From the NCBI GenBank assembly GCA_964632675.1, contig CAZWDV010000008.1:17725-81724 (forward strand): a DNA stretch of 64,000 nt, read 5' to 3'. Numbering within the stretch: the stretch's first letter is position 1; every line of letters begins with the position of its first letter. Positions 9,734 through 18,108 of this stretch are shown piece by piece. The position numbers and the translations under genes are program-made. This stretch comes from an uncultured Sediminispirochaeta sp. Its GTDB lineage: Bacteria; Spirochaetota; Spirochaetia; DSM-16054; Sediminispirochaetaceae. The notes under the pieces are model-generated. The model ran no database searches. It saw only the letters and a list, made by a program, of their open reading frames with translations, and was not told the DNA's origin.

Positions 9734-11245
9734 ATGAGAAAGAGAGCAGGAGTGAGATTTACACTAACCGTTGCCTTAGTGGCGGCAGTACTGACCGCGT
9801 TGATAGGATGCGCGAGCGCGCCATCCGGCTCACAGGCCGGAGGTAAGGGCGACATTCCGGATTGGATTACCAACCCGCCGGCCGACACCACCGATACGAT
9901 GTATTTTGTCGGAGCCGGGTCCGATTCTGAAGGGAACGAAGCTGCAGCTCGACAGCAAGCTGCCGCGGATCTCGTCTCCTCGATTACACGGTTTCTCGGG
10001 GTGAAAGTAACCAGCGACACCACGGTCGAGGCCAAGGACACCCTCGATCAATTTACCTCGAGACTGTCCCAGACCATTACCGAGCAGTCGGAAGCCCGCC
10101 TGAGTAGTTTTAGAATTGAGGACCGCTATGTGGAGTACCGCGGTAATCTGGTCAACGTGTATGTGCTCGGTGAGTACGACAAGAATGCGCTGCTCGAGGA
10201 AAAGGCTCGCCTAAAGGCGCTGTTTGAAGAGCGGCAGGAGGCGGTATCCGGGCCTGAGCTGGAGGGAGACCGCCTGTCCGGCCGGGGCAAGTACTATGAT
10301 GCGGCGATCCAATACCTCACCGCCGCTACCGCCGCCTATAAATCCGGCATCGACAACGCCGCCATCAAGTATGAGCGCAATATGACCAAGGCGCGGGGAG
10401 TCATCTCGAAAATCGAACTGAATAAACTGAACGACGACCTCAGTGCCAATATAAAAGAGCCGTTTACTACGCCCTTCCGGCTGATGGTCAGCAGTCAGGA
10501 TCTGCCGGAGGGCCAAGGCATCGCCGGAGTACCGATCAAGATCGTGTATAAGGAGATCCGTTCCAACGGCCGTGCCCGCATGGCAAGCGAAGTGGTCGCT
10601 ACCGACGGTAAAGGACTGGTCGAGTTCGTTCGTCCGGCCCCGCAGTTCGTCGGCCGCGAACAGCTGAGCATGAAGCTCGAGTTTTCGGCCAGCCTGGAGG
10701 CGCTGGAAGACGTGCCGGATTCGCTCTATCCGCAGCTTGAAGCTGTGGAAGACATGATTGCCGACAAAGAGGTGCAATTCAGCTATACGGTGGTATCCAA
10801 AGCCCGCGAAATCCCGACTGCGGTTATGATTGCCGATATGGACAATGGCGGAACAACCCTGGACAAAAGCGAGACCGCCGCCGGCGTCCTCGAAGTGCTC
10901 GCGGAGAAAGGTTTTTCGGTTGGCACCCTGCCGGTACAGATCAACCTGCTGAAGGGCGCCGACACCCGCCTTGTGCAGCAGGTGCGCTCGCAGTACGGCG
11001 GACGTTATCAGCGGGTGGTCTACGGAACAGTGAGCATCAGCGACTTCCGCGAAGATGGCAACCGCTATATGGTAAAAGTTTCCGGCAACATAAAAGCTGC
11101 CGACCTGGAAACGGGGGAGGTGCTCTACTCATCCGGTTCGATGTTCAAATCGGCCATCGGACAGAATCTGCAGAGTGCCATGTCGGCCGCCTTCAAGCAG
11201 TTCGGTAAAATGGTAGGCGAGGCGCTAACGCGGAGCCTGCCGTAA
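9734..11245 (+). CDS. LPP20-family lipoprotein
   Basis: 503 aa. Lipobox ALIGC. DIPDWITNPP...MYFVGAGSDSEGNEAAARQQAAADLVSSITRFLGVKV matches the LPP20 (PF02169-type) N-terminal signature. AGAGGAG SD. Confidence 0.6.
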   Translation: MRKRAGVRFTLTVALVAAVLTALIGCASAPSGSQAGGKGDIPDWITNPPADTTDTMYFVGAGSDSEGNEAAARQQAAADLVSSITRFLGVKVTSDTTVEAKDTLDQFTSRLSQTITEQSEARLSSFRIEDRYVEYRGNLVNVYVLGEYDKNALLEEKARLKALFEERQEAVSGPELEGDRLSGRGKYYDAAIQYLTAATAAYKSGIDNAAIKYERNMTKARGVISKIELNKLNDDLSANIKEPFTTPFRLMVSSQDLPEGQGIAGVPIKIVYKEIRSNGRARMASEVVATDGKGLVEFVRPAPQFVGREQLSMKLEFSASLEALEDVPDSLYPQLEAVEDMIADKEVQFSYTVVSKAREIPTAVMIADMDNGGTTLDKSETAAGVLEVLAEKGFSVGTLPVQINLLKGADTRLVQQVRSQYGGRYQRVVYGTVSISDFREDGNRYMVKVSGNIKAADLETGEVLYSSGSMFKSAIGQNLQSAMSAAFKQFGKMVGEALTRSLP

Positions 11246-12031
11246 GGGATTCTCGCAAAACAGATCCAGGAGCGGAAGCGGGTCATTAGATATGATCCCC
11301 ACCGCTCCTTTTCTTATGATCCGGCGGGCCTCTTCGATATCATCTACCGTCCAGGAAATGAAGGGCCGCCCGAACAGGCGGTGATACACGAAGTCCGACC
11401 ACCAGCCGATACGCTGGTGATGCGGTTTCAGCGCCTGTCCTCCCGTGAAAAAAAAGCCCCAGCCGTGCCGCAGAACCCACGGTACCCCACGATGGGCACT
11501 GTAGATATGGGCCGTCGGAACACCCGGGTTCACCCGTTCGAACTGGCGCAGCAGGTAAGGATTAAAAGAAGAAGCCATTACCCGCTCCTGCAGCCGGAAC
11601 TCTTCGATGCAGCGGGCCACCTCGGCTGCCAGGCCGTAATCTTTGGAGTCCATCTGCTTCAACTCAACATCGAAGTAGAGGCTTTCGCCGAACTCCTCGA
11701 ACAGCTCTTCCAGCCGCATTATTCGTTCGCCGGCAAACTCCGACCCGAACCATCCGCCTATATCGAGCTTCATCAAATCAGAGTAGGAGGTCTCCTCCAC
11801 AACCAGCGGCTGCCCGGTAATCCGTTCCAGCCGGTGGTCGTGGGTCAGCACCAGCTCGCCGCTGGCGCAGCGGTGCACGTCTATCTCCGCTCCGGGTACT
11901 CCCGCCTGAACGCAGGCTGTGAAAGCCGAGCGGGTGTTCTCCGGCGCCCGTTGCGAGTAGCCGCGGTGGCCGAAAACAAACGGCCGAGGCACCCCGGGAA
12001 ATAGTTCCGGTGGCCATCTTCCGCTCCTCAC
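11225..12031 (-). CDS. Glycerophosphodiester phosphodiesterase (GDPD family)
   Basis: 268 aa. FGHRGYSQRAPENT, GAEIDVH and LVLTHD motifs typical of GlpQ/UgpQ enzymes. Its 3' end overlaps the convergent gene 9734..11245 by 21 nt. Confidence 0.85.
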   Translation of the reverse strand: MRSGRWPPELFPGVPRPFVFGHRGYSQRAPENTRSAFTACVQAGVPGAEIDVHRCASGELVLTHDHRLERITGQPLVVEETSYSDLMKLDIGGWFGSEFAGERIMRLEELFEEFGESLYFDVELKQMDSKDYGLAAEVARCIEEFRLQERVMASSFNPYLLRQFERVNPGVPTAHIYSAHRGVPWVLRHGWGFFFTGGQALKPHHQRIGWWSDFVYHRLFGRPFISWTVDDIEEARRIIRKGAVGIISNDPLPLLDLFCENPLRQAPR

Positions 12032-12468
12032 TCCTCTTCTCCGGAAACTTCGCCCTGCAGTTCCCGCTTTAGGGCTGCCAGCTGCTCGTCCACAGCGGTG
12101 CGGTTCAGCTCATCCTGCAGGCTGTCCGGTGTGCCGGCCACCGACTCCAGCGCCGCCAGCAGCCGGTCCGGGTCTACGCTTTTCTCCGGAATCATCGACT
12201 CGATCTTATACTTCGTCCGGGCTTCCCGAAACTCGCGCATTATCTCCTGCTCCTCGGTCCGGAGCTTTTGCAGCGCCTGTTCAGCTTCCCGGGCCCGCTG
12301 CACGGCCTGGGTCGCTAATTCTTCACGCCCCTTTTCACGCGCCAGCTCTACCCGCTGTCGCCACCTCTCGTGTTCCTGCCGCTGCTCGCCCAGGGCAGCG
12401 CGGGTTTTCTTGAGCGTACTGATCAGCGAAATTACATATTCGCGGGTTGCCTTTTGCACATTGTCCAT
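12028..12468 (-). CDS. Hypothetical coiled-coil protein, translationally coupled to the GDPD gene
   Basis: 146 aa. Strongly charged heptad-like sequence (RQEHERWRQRVELAREKGREELATQAVQRAREAEQALQKLRTEEQEI). 4-nt overlap with the downstream gene. No family recognised. Confidence 0.5.
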   Translation of the reverse strand: MDNVQKATREYVISLISTLKKTRAALGEQRQEHERWRQRVELAREKGREELATQAVQRAREAEQALQKLRTEEQEIMREFREARTKYKIESMIPEKSVDPDRLLAALESVAGTPDSLQDELNRTAVDEQLAALKRELQGEVSGEEE

Positions 12469-12561
12469 ACCGGAACTGTATCACGATTGCTCGGAATCTC
12501 CAACTATGTAACTGCTGCGGCCAGTTGATATGCGGAAAACTCTATTCTATACTGAGGTGCT

Positions 12562-13932
12562 GTGAACGAATTACCCTACGATACAAACGACCCGATTGTT
12601 GCATTGGCCACCCCCTGGGGGGAGAGCGCCCTGGCGGTTATCCGCACCTCCGGCGAGGGGGCTGTCGAGCTGGTGGCCGGCGCTTTTTCCCGTCCGGAGG
12701 CCCTCCGCGCGGCGGACAATGCGAGCATGGTCTACGGATACCTACAGACGACCGGCGAACCGACCGGCGAGCGGATAGACGAGGTAGTGGCGGCGGTTTT
12801 TCGCGCGCCCCACGGATATACCGGTGAAGAGAGCGTAGAGATTACCTGCCACGGAAGCCTGCCGGGCATCCAGAAAGTTCTGGAGCTGCTGCGGGCGCAG
12901 GGTTTTCGCGATGCGGCGCCGGGGGAGTTTACTCTGCGGGCCTTTCTCAACGGCAAGATGGACCTGACCCGGGCCGAGGCGGTGCGGGAGATTATCGGGG
13001 CCAAGAGCCGCCGGGCCCAGTCGCTAGCCCTGGGCCGGCTTTCAGGTGCACTCTGGCAGCGAATCGACGGACTGAAGCAGGCGCTGAAGGGCCTGCTGGC
13101 GGCGGTGGAGGTGCAGCTGGACTACCCCGAGGAGGAGATGGAGGCGGCCCCCGAGCTGCCCCTGGGGCAGCTGCAGGAGATCGAGACTGGGCTGCGGCAG
13201 CTGCTGGGAACCTACCGCACCGGCCGGCTCTACCAGGAGGGGGTGCGGGTGGCCCTGAGCGGCGCCACCAATGCCGGCAAGTCGTCGCTGTTCAACCTGT
13301 TTTTACGGGAGGACCGTTCGATTGTCTCGGGCATCCACGGTACCACCCGCGACTACATCGAGTCGTGGATAAGTATTCAGGGGGTGCCGGTGCGGCTGTT
13401 CGACACTGCCGGTCTGCGCGACCCGCAGCACCCCGTTGAAGCGGAGGGCATCAAGCGTTCGGGACGGGTCATCGAGAGCGCCGCGGTAGTGGTGTACGTG
13501 GTGGATGCCACTGTGGGTCTGAGCGGACCTGAGGGGGCCGAATACCAGGCTCTACGTGATGACCCCCGCTACCTGTTTGTCTGGAACAAGACCGATCTGG
13601 TCGCCGAACCGGCGCCGGAGGGCTACATTCCGCTCAGCGCCGAGCAGGGCAGGGGCTTTGAGCAGTTGGAGGCGGAGATCGGCCGGCGGATTCTCGGCGG
13701 CGAAAGCGCTCAGAGCGATCTGTTGATCGACTCCTCCCGACAGCACCGTCTTTTGCAGCGGGCCGCCGCCTCGCTGAAAGAGGCTGCCGGGGCAGTGGAA
13801 GCCGGTATGCCCCTGGACTTCGTGGCCGCCGACCTGAAGGACGCCCTGGATGCCCTGGGCGAGATTACCGGCGAGGTTACCTCCGCCGACATTCTGAACC
13901 ATATTTTCGGCGATTTTTGTGTGGGAAAATGA
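12562..13932 (+). CDS. mnmE: tRNA modification GTPase MnmE
   Basis: 456 aa. N-terminal DPIVALATPWGESALAVIRTSG, G-domain GATNAGKSSLFN / DTAGLR / NKTD, and the diagnostic C-terminal FCVGK. Confidence 0.95.
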   Translation: MNELPYDTNDPIVALATPWGESALAVIRTSGEGAVELVAGAFSRPEALRAADNASMVYGYLQTTGEPTGERIDEVVAAVFRAPHGYTGEESVEITCHGSLPGIQKVLELLRAQGFRDAAPGEFTLRAFLNGKMDLTRAEAVREIIGAKSRRAQSLALGRLSGALWQRIDGLKQALKGLLAAVEVQLDYPEEEMEAAPELPLGQLQEIETGLRQLLGTYRTGRLYQEGVRVALSGATNAGKSSLFNLFLREDRSIVSGIHGTTRDYIESWISIQGVPVRLFDTAGLRDPQHPVEAEGIKRSGRVIESAAVVVYVVDATVGLSGPEGAEYQALRDDPRYLFVWNKTDLVAEPAPEGYIPLSAEQGRGFEQLEAEIGRRILGGESAQSDLLIDSSRQHRLLQRAAASLKEAAGAVEAGMPLDFVAADLKDALDALGEITGEVTSADILNHIFGDFCVGK

Positions 13933-13945
13933 GTAGGATACGGAT

Positions 13946-15805
13946 ATGGATGTAGATGCAATTGTGATCGGCGGGGGGCATGCCGGTATCGAGGCGGCCC
14001 TGGCCCTGGCGCGCCTCGAGTTCAAGACGATGCTGATTACCCAGAGCCTCGATGCCATCGGGCGGCTTTCGTGCAACCCGGCCATCGGGGGGCTGTCCAA
14101 GGGCAATATGGTGCGCGAGATCGATGCGCTGGGCGGTGAGATGGGCCGGCTGATCGACGCAACCATGATACAGTTTCGGGTGCTCAACCGGCGGCGCGGG
14201 CCGGCGGTGCAGGCCCCCCGGGCGCAGGCGGACAAGTTTTCCTACAGCCGCCTGGCCAAGGAGACCCTGGAGCAGCTGAGCAATCTGCATGTCTTTCAGG
14301 ATACCGTCACCGATCTACTGGTAAACGACCACAGCGGCGCGGTGGAGGGTGTGATGACAGAGCGGGGCCGGCGTTTCAGCAGCCGCACAGTGGTAATGAC
14401 CACCGGCACGTTTATGGACGGGAAGGTGTTTATCGGCGAGTACGAGGGCTCCTCCGGGCGGCTGGGCGAGCCGGCGGCGCTGGGCCTCGGCACTGCCCTG
14501 CGGCGGCTGGGTTTTCAGGTGGGGCGGCTGAAGACCGGTACCCCGGCGCGGGTGCGGCGCGGCAGCATCGATTTCAGCAAACTGGAGGAGCAGCCCGGCG
14601 ACAAGCTGATGCAGCCATTTTCATTCGGCACCGAAAAAATAGAGCGGCCGACGGTGCCCTGCTACATCACCTTTACCAACGACATGACCCATCAGATTAT
14701 TCGTGAGAATATGGACCGCTCGCCCCTGTACGGAGGCAAGATCGTGGGGGTCGGCCCGCGGTACTGTCCCTCCATCGAGGACAAGGTGGTGCGTTTTCCC
14801 GACCGCAACCGGCACCAGATATTCGTGGAGCCGGAGGGGCTGGGCACGGAGGAGATGTATCTCAATGGAATTTCATCGTCCCTTCCCGAGGAGGTGCAGG
14901 AGCGCTTTATTCGCACTCTGCCGGGGCTGGAACAGGTGGAGATTATGCGGCCCGGGTATGCAGTGGAGTACGACTACCTCGACCCGCGGCACCTGCTGCC
15001 CTCGTTGGAGTCGAAGCGGATGCCCGGCCTGTTCGTAGCCGGCCAGACTAACGGCACCAGCGGCTACGAGGAGGCCGGTATACAGGGCCTGCTGGCCGGG
15101 GTGAATGCAGCCATGAAAATGCACGGGAAGGAGCCCCTGATTCTCAGCCGGGCGGAGGCCTACGGCGGGGTACTGGTGGACGATCTGGTGACCAAGGGCA
15201 CCGCGGAGCCCTACCGGATGTTTACCAGCCGGGCGGAATACCGCCTGAACCTGCGGCACGAGTCGGCGGATGTACGATTGCTGGAGAAGGCCTACGCCAT
15301 CGGCCTGCAGACCGAGACGGCCTATCGGAGGCTGCAGGACAAGCTGCAGAGTGTAGAGGAGATTCGCGCCCTCCTGGAGCAGCGGCGCCTCAAGCTGAAA
15401 GAGGACCTCGGGCCTGCTGAAAGGGCGGCCTGGGAGAGCCACAACGGCAAAACCATGCTGCAGGTGCTCAAAATGCCGGAAGTGGACATTGATAAAGTGA
15501 AGGATTTCATGCCCGAGCTTGCTGAGTTCAGGCGGAGTTATCTCGAGCATGTCGAGCTGGAGGTGAAGTACGCGGGCTACATCCGGCGCCAGCAGCAGCA
15601 GGTCGACCGGTTTCAGCGCCTGGAGAACATGCGCATACCGGAGGCCTTCGATTACAACCGGGTCGAGGGAATCTCTACCGAATCGCGGGAAAAATTCAAG
15701 CAGATCAAACCAATTTCAGTGGGCCAGGCGTCGCGGATATCCGGAGTACGTTCCGCTGATATTGCGGTGTTGATGGTGGCTTTGGGGAACAAGTCGCGGG
15801 GATGA
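13946..15805 (+). CDS. mnmG: tRNA uridine-5-carboxymethylaminomethyl synthesis enzyme MnmG (GidA)
   Basis: 619 aa. FAD fold VIGGGHAGIEAALA, SCNPAIGG, GPRYCPSIEDK, AGQTNGTSGYEEA. Immediately follows mnmE. Confidence 0.95.
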   Translation: MDVDAIVIGGGHAGIEAALALARLEFKTMLITQSLDAIGRLSCNPAIGGLSKGNMVREIDALGGEMGRLIDATMIQFRVLNRRRGPAVQAPRAQADKFSYSRLAKETLEQLSNLHVFQDTVTDLLVNDHSGAVEGVMTERGRRFSSRTVVMTTGTFMDGKVFIGEYEGSSGRLGEPAALGLGTALRRLGFQVGRLKTGTPARVRRGSIDFSKLEEQPGDKLMQPFSFGTEKIERPTVPCYITFTNDMTHQIIRENMDRSPLYGGKIVGVGPRYCPSIEDKVVRFPDRNRHQIFVEPEGLGTEEMYLNGISSSLPEEVQERFIRTLPGLEQVEIMRPGYAVEYDYLDPRHLLPSLESKRMPGLFVAGQTNGTSGYEEAGIQGLLAGVNAAMKMHGKEPLILSRAEAYGGVLVDDLVTKGTAEPYRMFTSRAEYRLNLRHESADVRLLEKAYAIGLQTETAYRRLQDKLQSVEEIRALLEQRRLKLKEDLGPAERAAWESHNGKTMLQVLKMPEVDIDKVKDFMPELAEFRRSYLEHVELEVKYAGYIRRQQQQVDRFQRLENMRIPEAFDYNRVEGISTESREKFKQIKPISVGQASRISGVRSADIAVLMVALGNKSRG

Positions 15806-15809
15806 GACT

Positions 15810-16520
15810 ATGATACTTACCGACAAGGACCGTGAACTGCTGCACGACGGTCTGGTGCGCCTCGGCCTGCCCGCCGGATCCCCACAAATCGACCGGTACC
15901 AGTGCTACATCCGCGAGCTGCAACTCTGGAACCGGCGGGTGCGGCTCATTTCCGGAGGCCCGCAGGATATCATCGTCCGCCACCTGCTCGATTCACTGGC
16001 GCCGTGGCAGCTGCTGCGCCGGCAGATGCAGCGCGTGACGGAGCCGCTCTCCGACGGCGGGTCCGACGGCGGAGATGCCGGCGGGGTCCTCGAGATTGCC
16101 GATGTGGGTTCGGGCAATGGCTTTCCGGCCCTGGTTCTGGCCGGTCTGGTTAAAGATGAACTGCTTCCCCCGGCGCGGTTTTATCTGGTCGAACGCGGGG
16201 CCAAAAAGGCCGCTTTCCTGCGTTCGACTGCCGGTCTGCTGGGTCTTTACGAGCTGTTGCATGTGGAGGAGAGAGATGTGCGGCAGATGCAGCGGCAGGT
16301 ACAGGTGGTGGTAAGCCGGGCGTTTATGCCGATGGGCGATGCCTACCGGCGGCTGCGGCCCCTGCTTGGCAGGGGGGTGATGATATTCTATGCCGGGCGA
16401 CGAGATACCATCGAAAGCCAGCTGGCGCATATTCGTCCGCAGCCGCAGTACGTCATTGAGCCGGTGGAGGTTCCCTTTTTAGATGAGGAGCGACACCTGT
16501 GCTGTTTGCACATGTCCTGA
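15810..16520 (+). CDS. rsmG: 16S rRNA (guanine527-N7)-methyltransferase RsmG (GidB)
   Basis: 236 aa. Conserved mnmG-rsmG order. YIRELQLWNRRVRLIS, IADVGSGNGFPALVLA (SAM motif), VSRAF. Confidence 0.85.
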   Translation: MILTDKDRELLHDGLVRLGLPAGSPQIDRYQCYIRELQLWNRRVRLISGGPQDIIVRHLLDSLAPWQLLRRQMQRVTEPLSDGGSDGGDAGGVLEIADVGSGNGFPALVLAGLVKDELLPPARFYLVERGAKKAAFLRSTAGLLGLYELLHVEERDVRQMQRQVQVVVSRAFMPMGDAYRRLRPLLGRGVMIFYAGRRDTIESQLAHIRPQPQYVIEPVEVPFLDEERHLCCLHMS

Positions 16521-16529
16521 TGAACTGAG

Positions 16530-17930
16530 TTACATACCTTTACGCTGAACCTGCTTCATCTTGTTCAGCAGCTGATCCTTTTCTACTAAATCGATGAGCC
16601 GGGCCTCGACAAAGGCTTGAGCGCCTTCGGAGAAGTCGCCGGCAGTTATACAGACACCGCGGCCGGCCTTCACTTCTTTTACTTTGGCGTAGAGGTCGCG
16701 CAGTAGGAGTTCGCCGATTTGATTGGTGGTGCGGACGAAGCGGAACAGGACCGTATCTTCCCATTTTACGGTGCTTACTTCGGCCAGAATATCGGCATAC
16801 TCACTTTTATGCATGCTTATATCGGTAATCTTGACCTTGGCTTTGGGAAAAAAGGTGAGAGTGAGCCTGCGGCAGAGGGCCACGAAGTCGGAGGTCGGGG
16901 CGATCAGAAAAGTCTGCAGGCTTTCGTTGCGGTTTAATTCGCTGTACTGCTGTATAAGGGGGTGTACATCCTTGTAGGCCGGGCGCATATTCTGGATGTC
17001 TTCCAGCTGGTTGACAGCCTCGCCGATCTGCTGCTGGGCAATATAGGCCAGTGCCAGGCGGTACATCAGCTCCAGTTTGTTGTCGATTTTAATGTTTTCA
17101 TGCCGCAGCCCGATGGTAAAGTCCATAATTGCCTGATCGACCCGCTTGGATTTCATATTGATGCTGCCGGCATACAGGGACGCTGTGGGCCCGATGTTCG
17201 AATCCGTGCGCAAGTGTGAGAACACCTGCAGGGCCTGTTCGTTCTTGCCGATGTTGTAGTAACACTGACCCAGGGCGAACAGCGCTTCCTTGTCCTCCGG
17301 TTCCAAATCGATAGCCTTTCGCAGTGAAGTGGCCGCATCGCCGTAACGTTTGAGCTTGAGGCGGGTCATTCCCAGATATTTGAGTGATTGGACGTGTTCC
17401 GGCTGCTGCTGCAGGGCCTGCTGCAGTAATGAAGCCGCTTTTTCGTAATTCTTCGCTTTATATTCTAGGTATCCGAGATTATAATTAACCTCGAATACGT
17501 CTTGTTTCATTGTTCGGGCAAGTTTGAAGGATTTGTAGGCCTCTTTGAGGTGTTTAGCCCGCAAAGCTGCAATTGCGTGTTTGAGGGTGAAGTCGAACTC
17601 ATCCAGCTCTTTGTCGGTAGCGCAGAGTTCGATCAGCATATCATATGTGCGCAGCGCCTTTTCGTAGCGGCCTTCTTCGAGGTGGTTCTGTCCGACAACC
17701 TGCAGAGCCTCGGCGTCCTTCGGATTCTGCGCAAGACGCCGGTTTGCCTCCTTGAGCAGGGTTTGTTTGTTCTTTTTACGGGTATTTTTCCCGTTTTTGG
17801 AATTGTCCGCCTTATTTTTTCTACCGGTTAAGACGAGAATTAATAAGATAGCGGCAACTGCAACGAGGCTTGGTATGACTATGACAGCAACTGGTAACAT
17901 AAGGACATTATGGTGTTCTTTAATTGCCAA
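16530..17930 (-). CDS. Membrane-anchored TPR-repeat protein with a C-terminal restriction-endonuclease (Mrr_cat)-like domain
   Basis: 466 aa (TTG start at 17930; alternative ATG at 17900). One N-terminal TM followed by a Lys/Arg/Asn-rich stretch, then about 6 TPR units. The C-terminus FVALCRRL...YADILAEV...VLFRFVRTTNQIGELLLRDL...GRGVCITAGDFSEGAQAFVEARLIDLVEKDQL follows the Mrr_cat topology (FE..., D, QxK strand, TTS-F-A-FA, I-LID), but the QxK position reads RFVR. Confidence 0.55.
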   Translation of the reverse strand: MAIKEHHNVLMLPVAVIVIPSLVAVAAILLILVLTGRKNKADNSKNGKNTRKKNKQTLLKEANRRLAQNPKDAEALQVVGQNHLEEGRYEKALRTYDMLIELCATDKELDEFDFTLKHAIAALRAKHLKEAYKSFKLARTMKQDVFEVNYNLGYLEYKAKNYEKAASLLQQALQQQPEHVQSLKYLGMTRLKLKRYGDAATSLRKAIDLEPEDKEALFALGQCYYNIGKNEQALQVFSHLRTDSNIGPTASLYAGSINMKSKRVDQAIMDFTIGLRHENIKIDNKLELMYRLALAYIAQQQIGEAVNQLEDIQNMRPAYKDVHPLIQQYSELNRNESLQTFLIAPTSDFVALCRRLTLTFFPKAKVKITDISMHKSEYADILAEVSTVKWEDTVLFRFVRTTNQIGELLLRDLYAKVKEVKAGRGVCITAGDFSEGAQAFVEARLIDLVEKDQLLNKMKQVQRKGM

Positions 17931-17953
17931 GTCAAGAAATCCTTATGGAGGCC

Positions 17954-18002
17954 AGCAGTCTAAATTTGCAAAATTTATTAAATTTTGCAAATTTAGACTG
18001 CT
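17954..18002. repeat. Perfect 49-bp palindrome (24-bp arms, 1-nt centre) in a divergent promoter gap
   Basis: AGCAGTCTAAATTTGCAAAATTTA-T-TAAATTTTGCAAATTTAGACTGCT. Every one of the 24 positions pairs. Each arm is itself a near-palindrome centred on TGCA. Lies between the 5' ends of 16530..17930 (-) and 18109..19380 (+). Confidence 0.9.
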
Positions 18003-18047
18003 CACATTTTCTATAAGGATAGTAACATATCTTAAAGATTTTGATGC

Positions 18048-18089
18048 AATTCTAATTTTTGAATTCTCATAACTTCAAAAATTAGAATT
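18048..18089. repeat. Perfect 16-bp inverted repeat with a 10-nt spacer, immediately upstream of the SD of gene 18109
   Basis: AATTCTAATTTTTGAA-ttctcataac-TTCAAAAATTAGAATT. Ends 9 nt before the GGAGGG SD and 19 nt before the GTG start. Confidence 0.85.
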
Positions 18090-18108
18090 ACTTGTATGGA
18101 GGGATCAC

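Noticed and set aside
13552-15550. Long minus-strand ORFs (227, 137 and 225 aa) inside mnmE and mnmG
   Set aside because: High-GC antisense shadows. The products are Arg/Pro/Ala-rich with no motifs, while the sense strand encodes textbook MnmE/MnmG.
12562-16520. Possible proximity to oriC because of the mnmE-mnmG-rsmG trio
   Set aside because: No dnaA, dnaN or parAB genes in the window and no DnaA-box cluster. I saw only isolated 8/9 matches to TTATCCACA, both inside coding DNA (6847-6855 and 40129-40137).
17954-18089. The two perfect inverted repeats interpreted as Rho-independent terminators
   Set aside because: Both flanking genes are transcribed away from the gap, so there is nothing to terminate. 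The stems are almost purely A/T and lack a GC clamp followed by a U tract.
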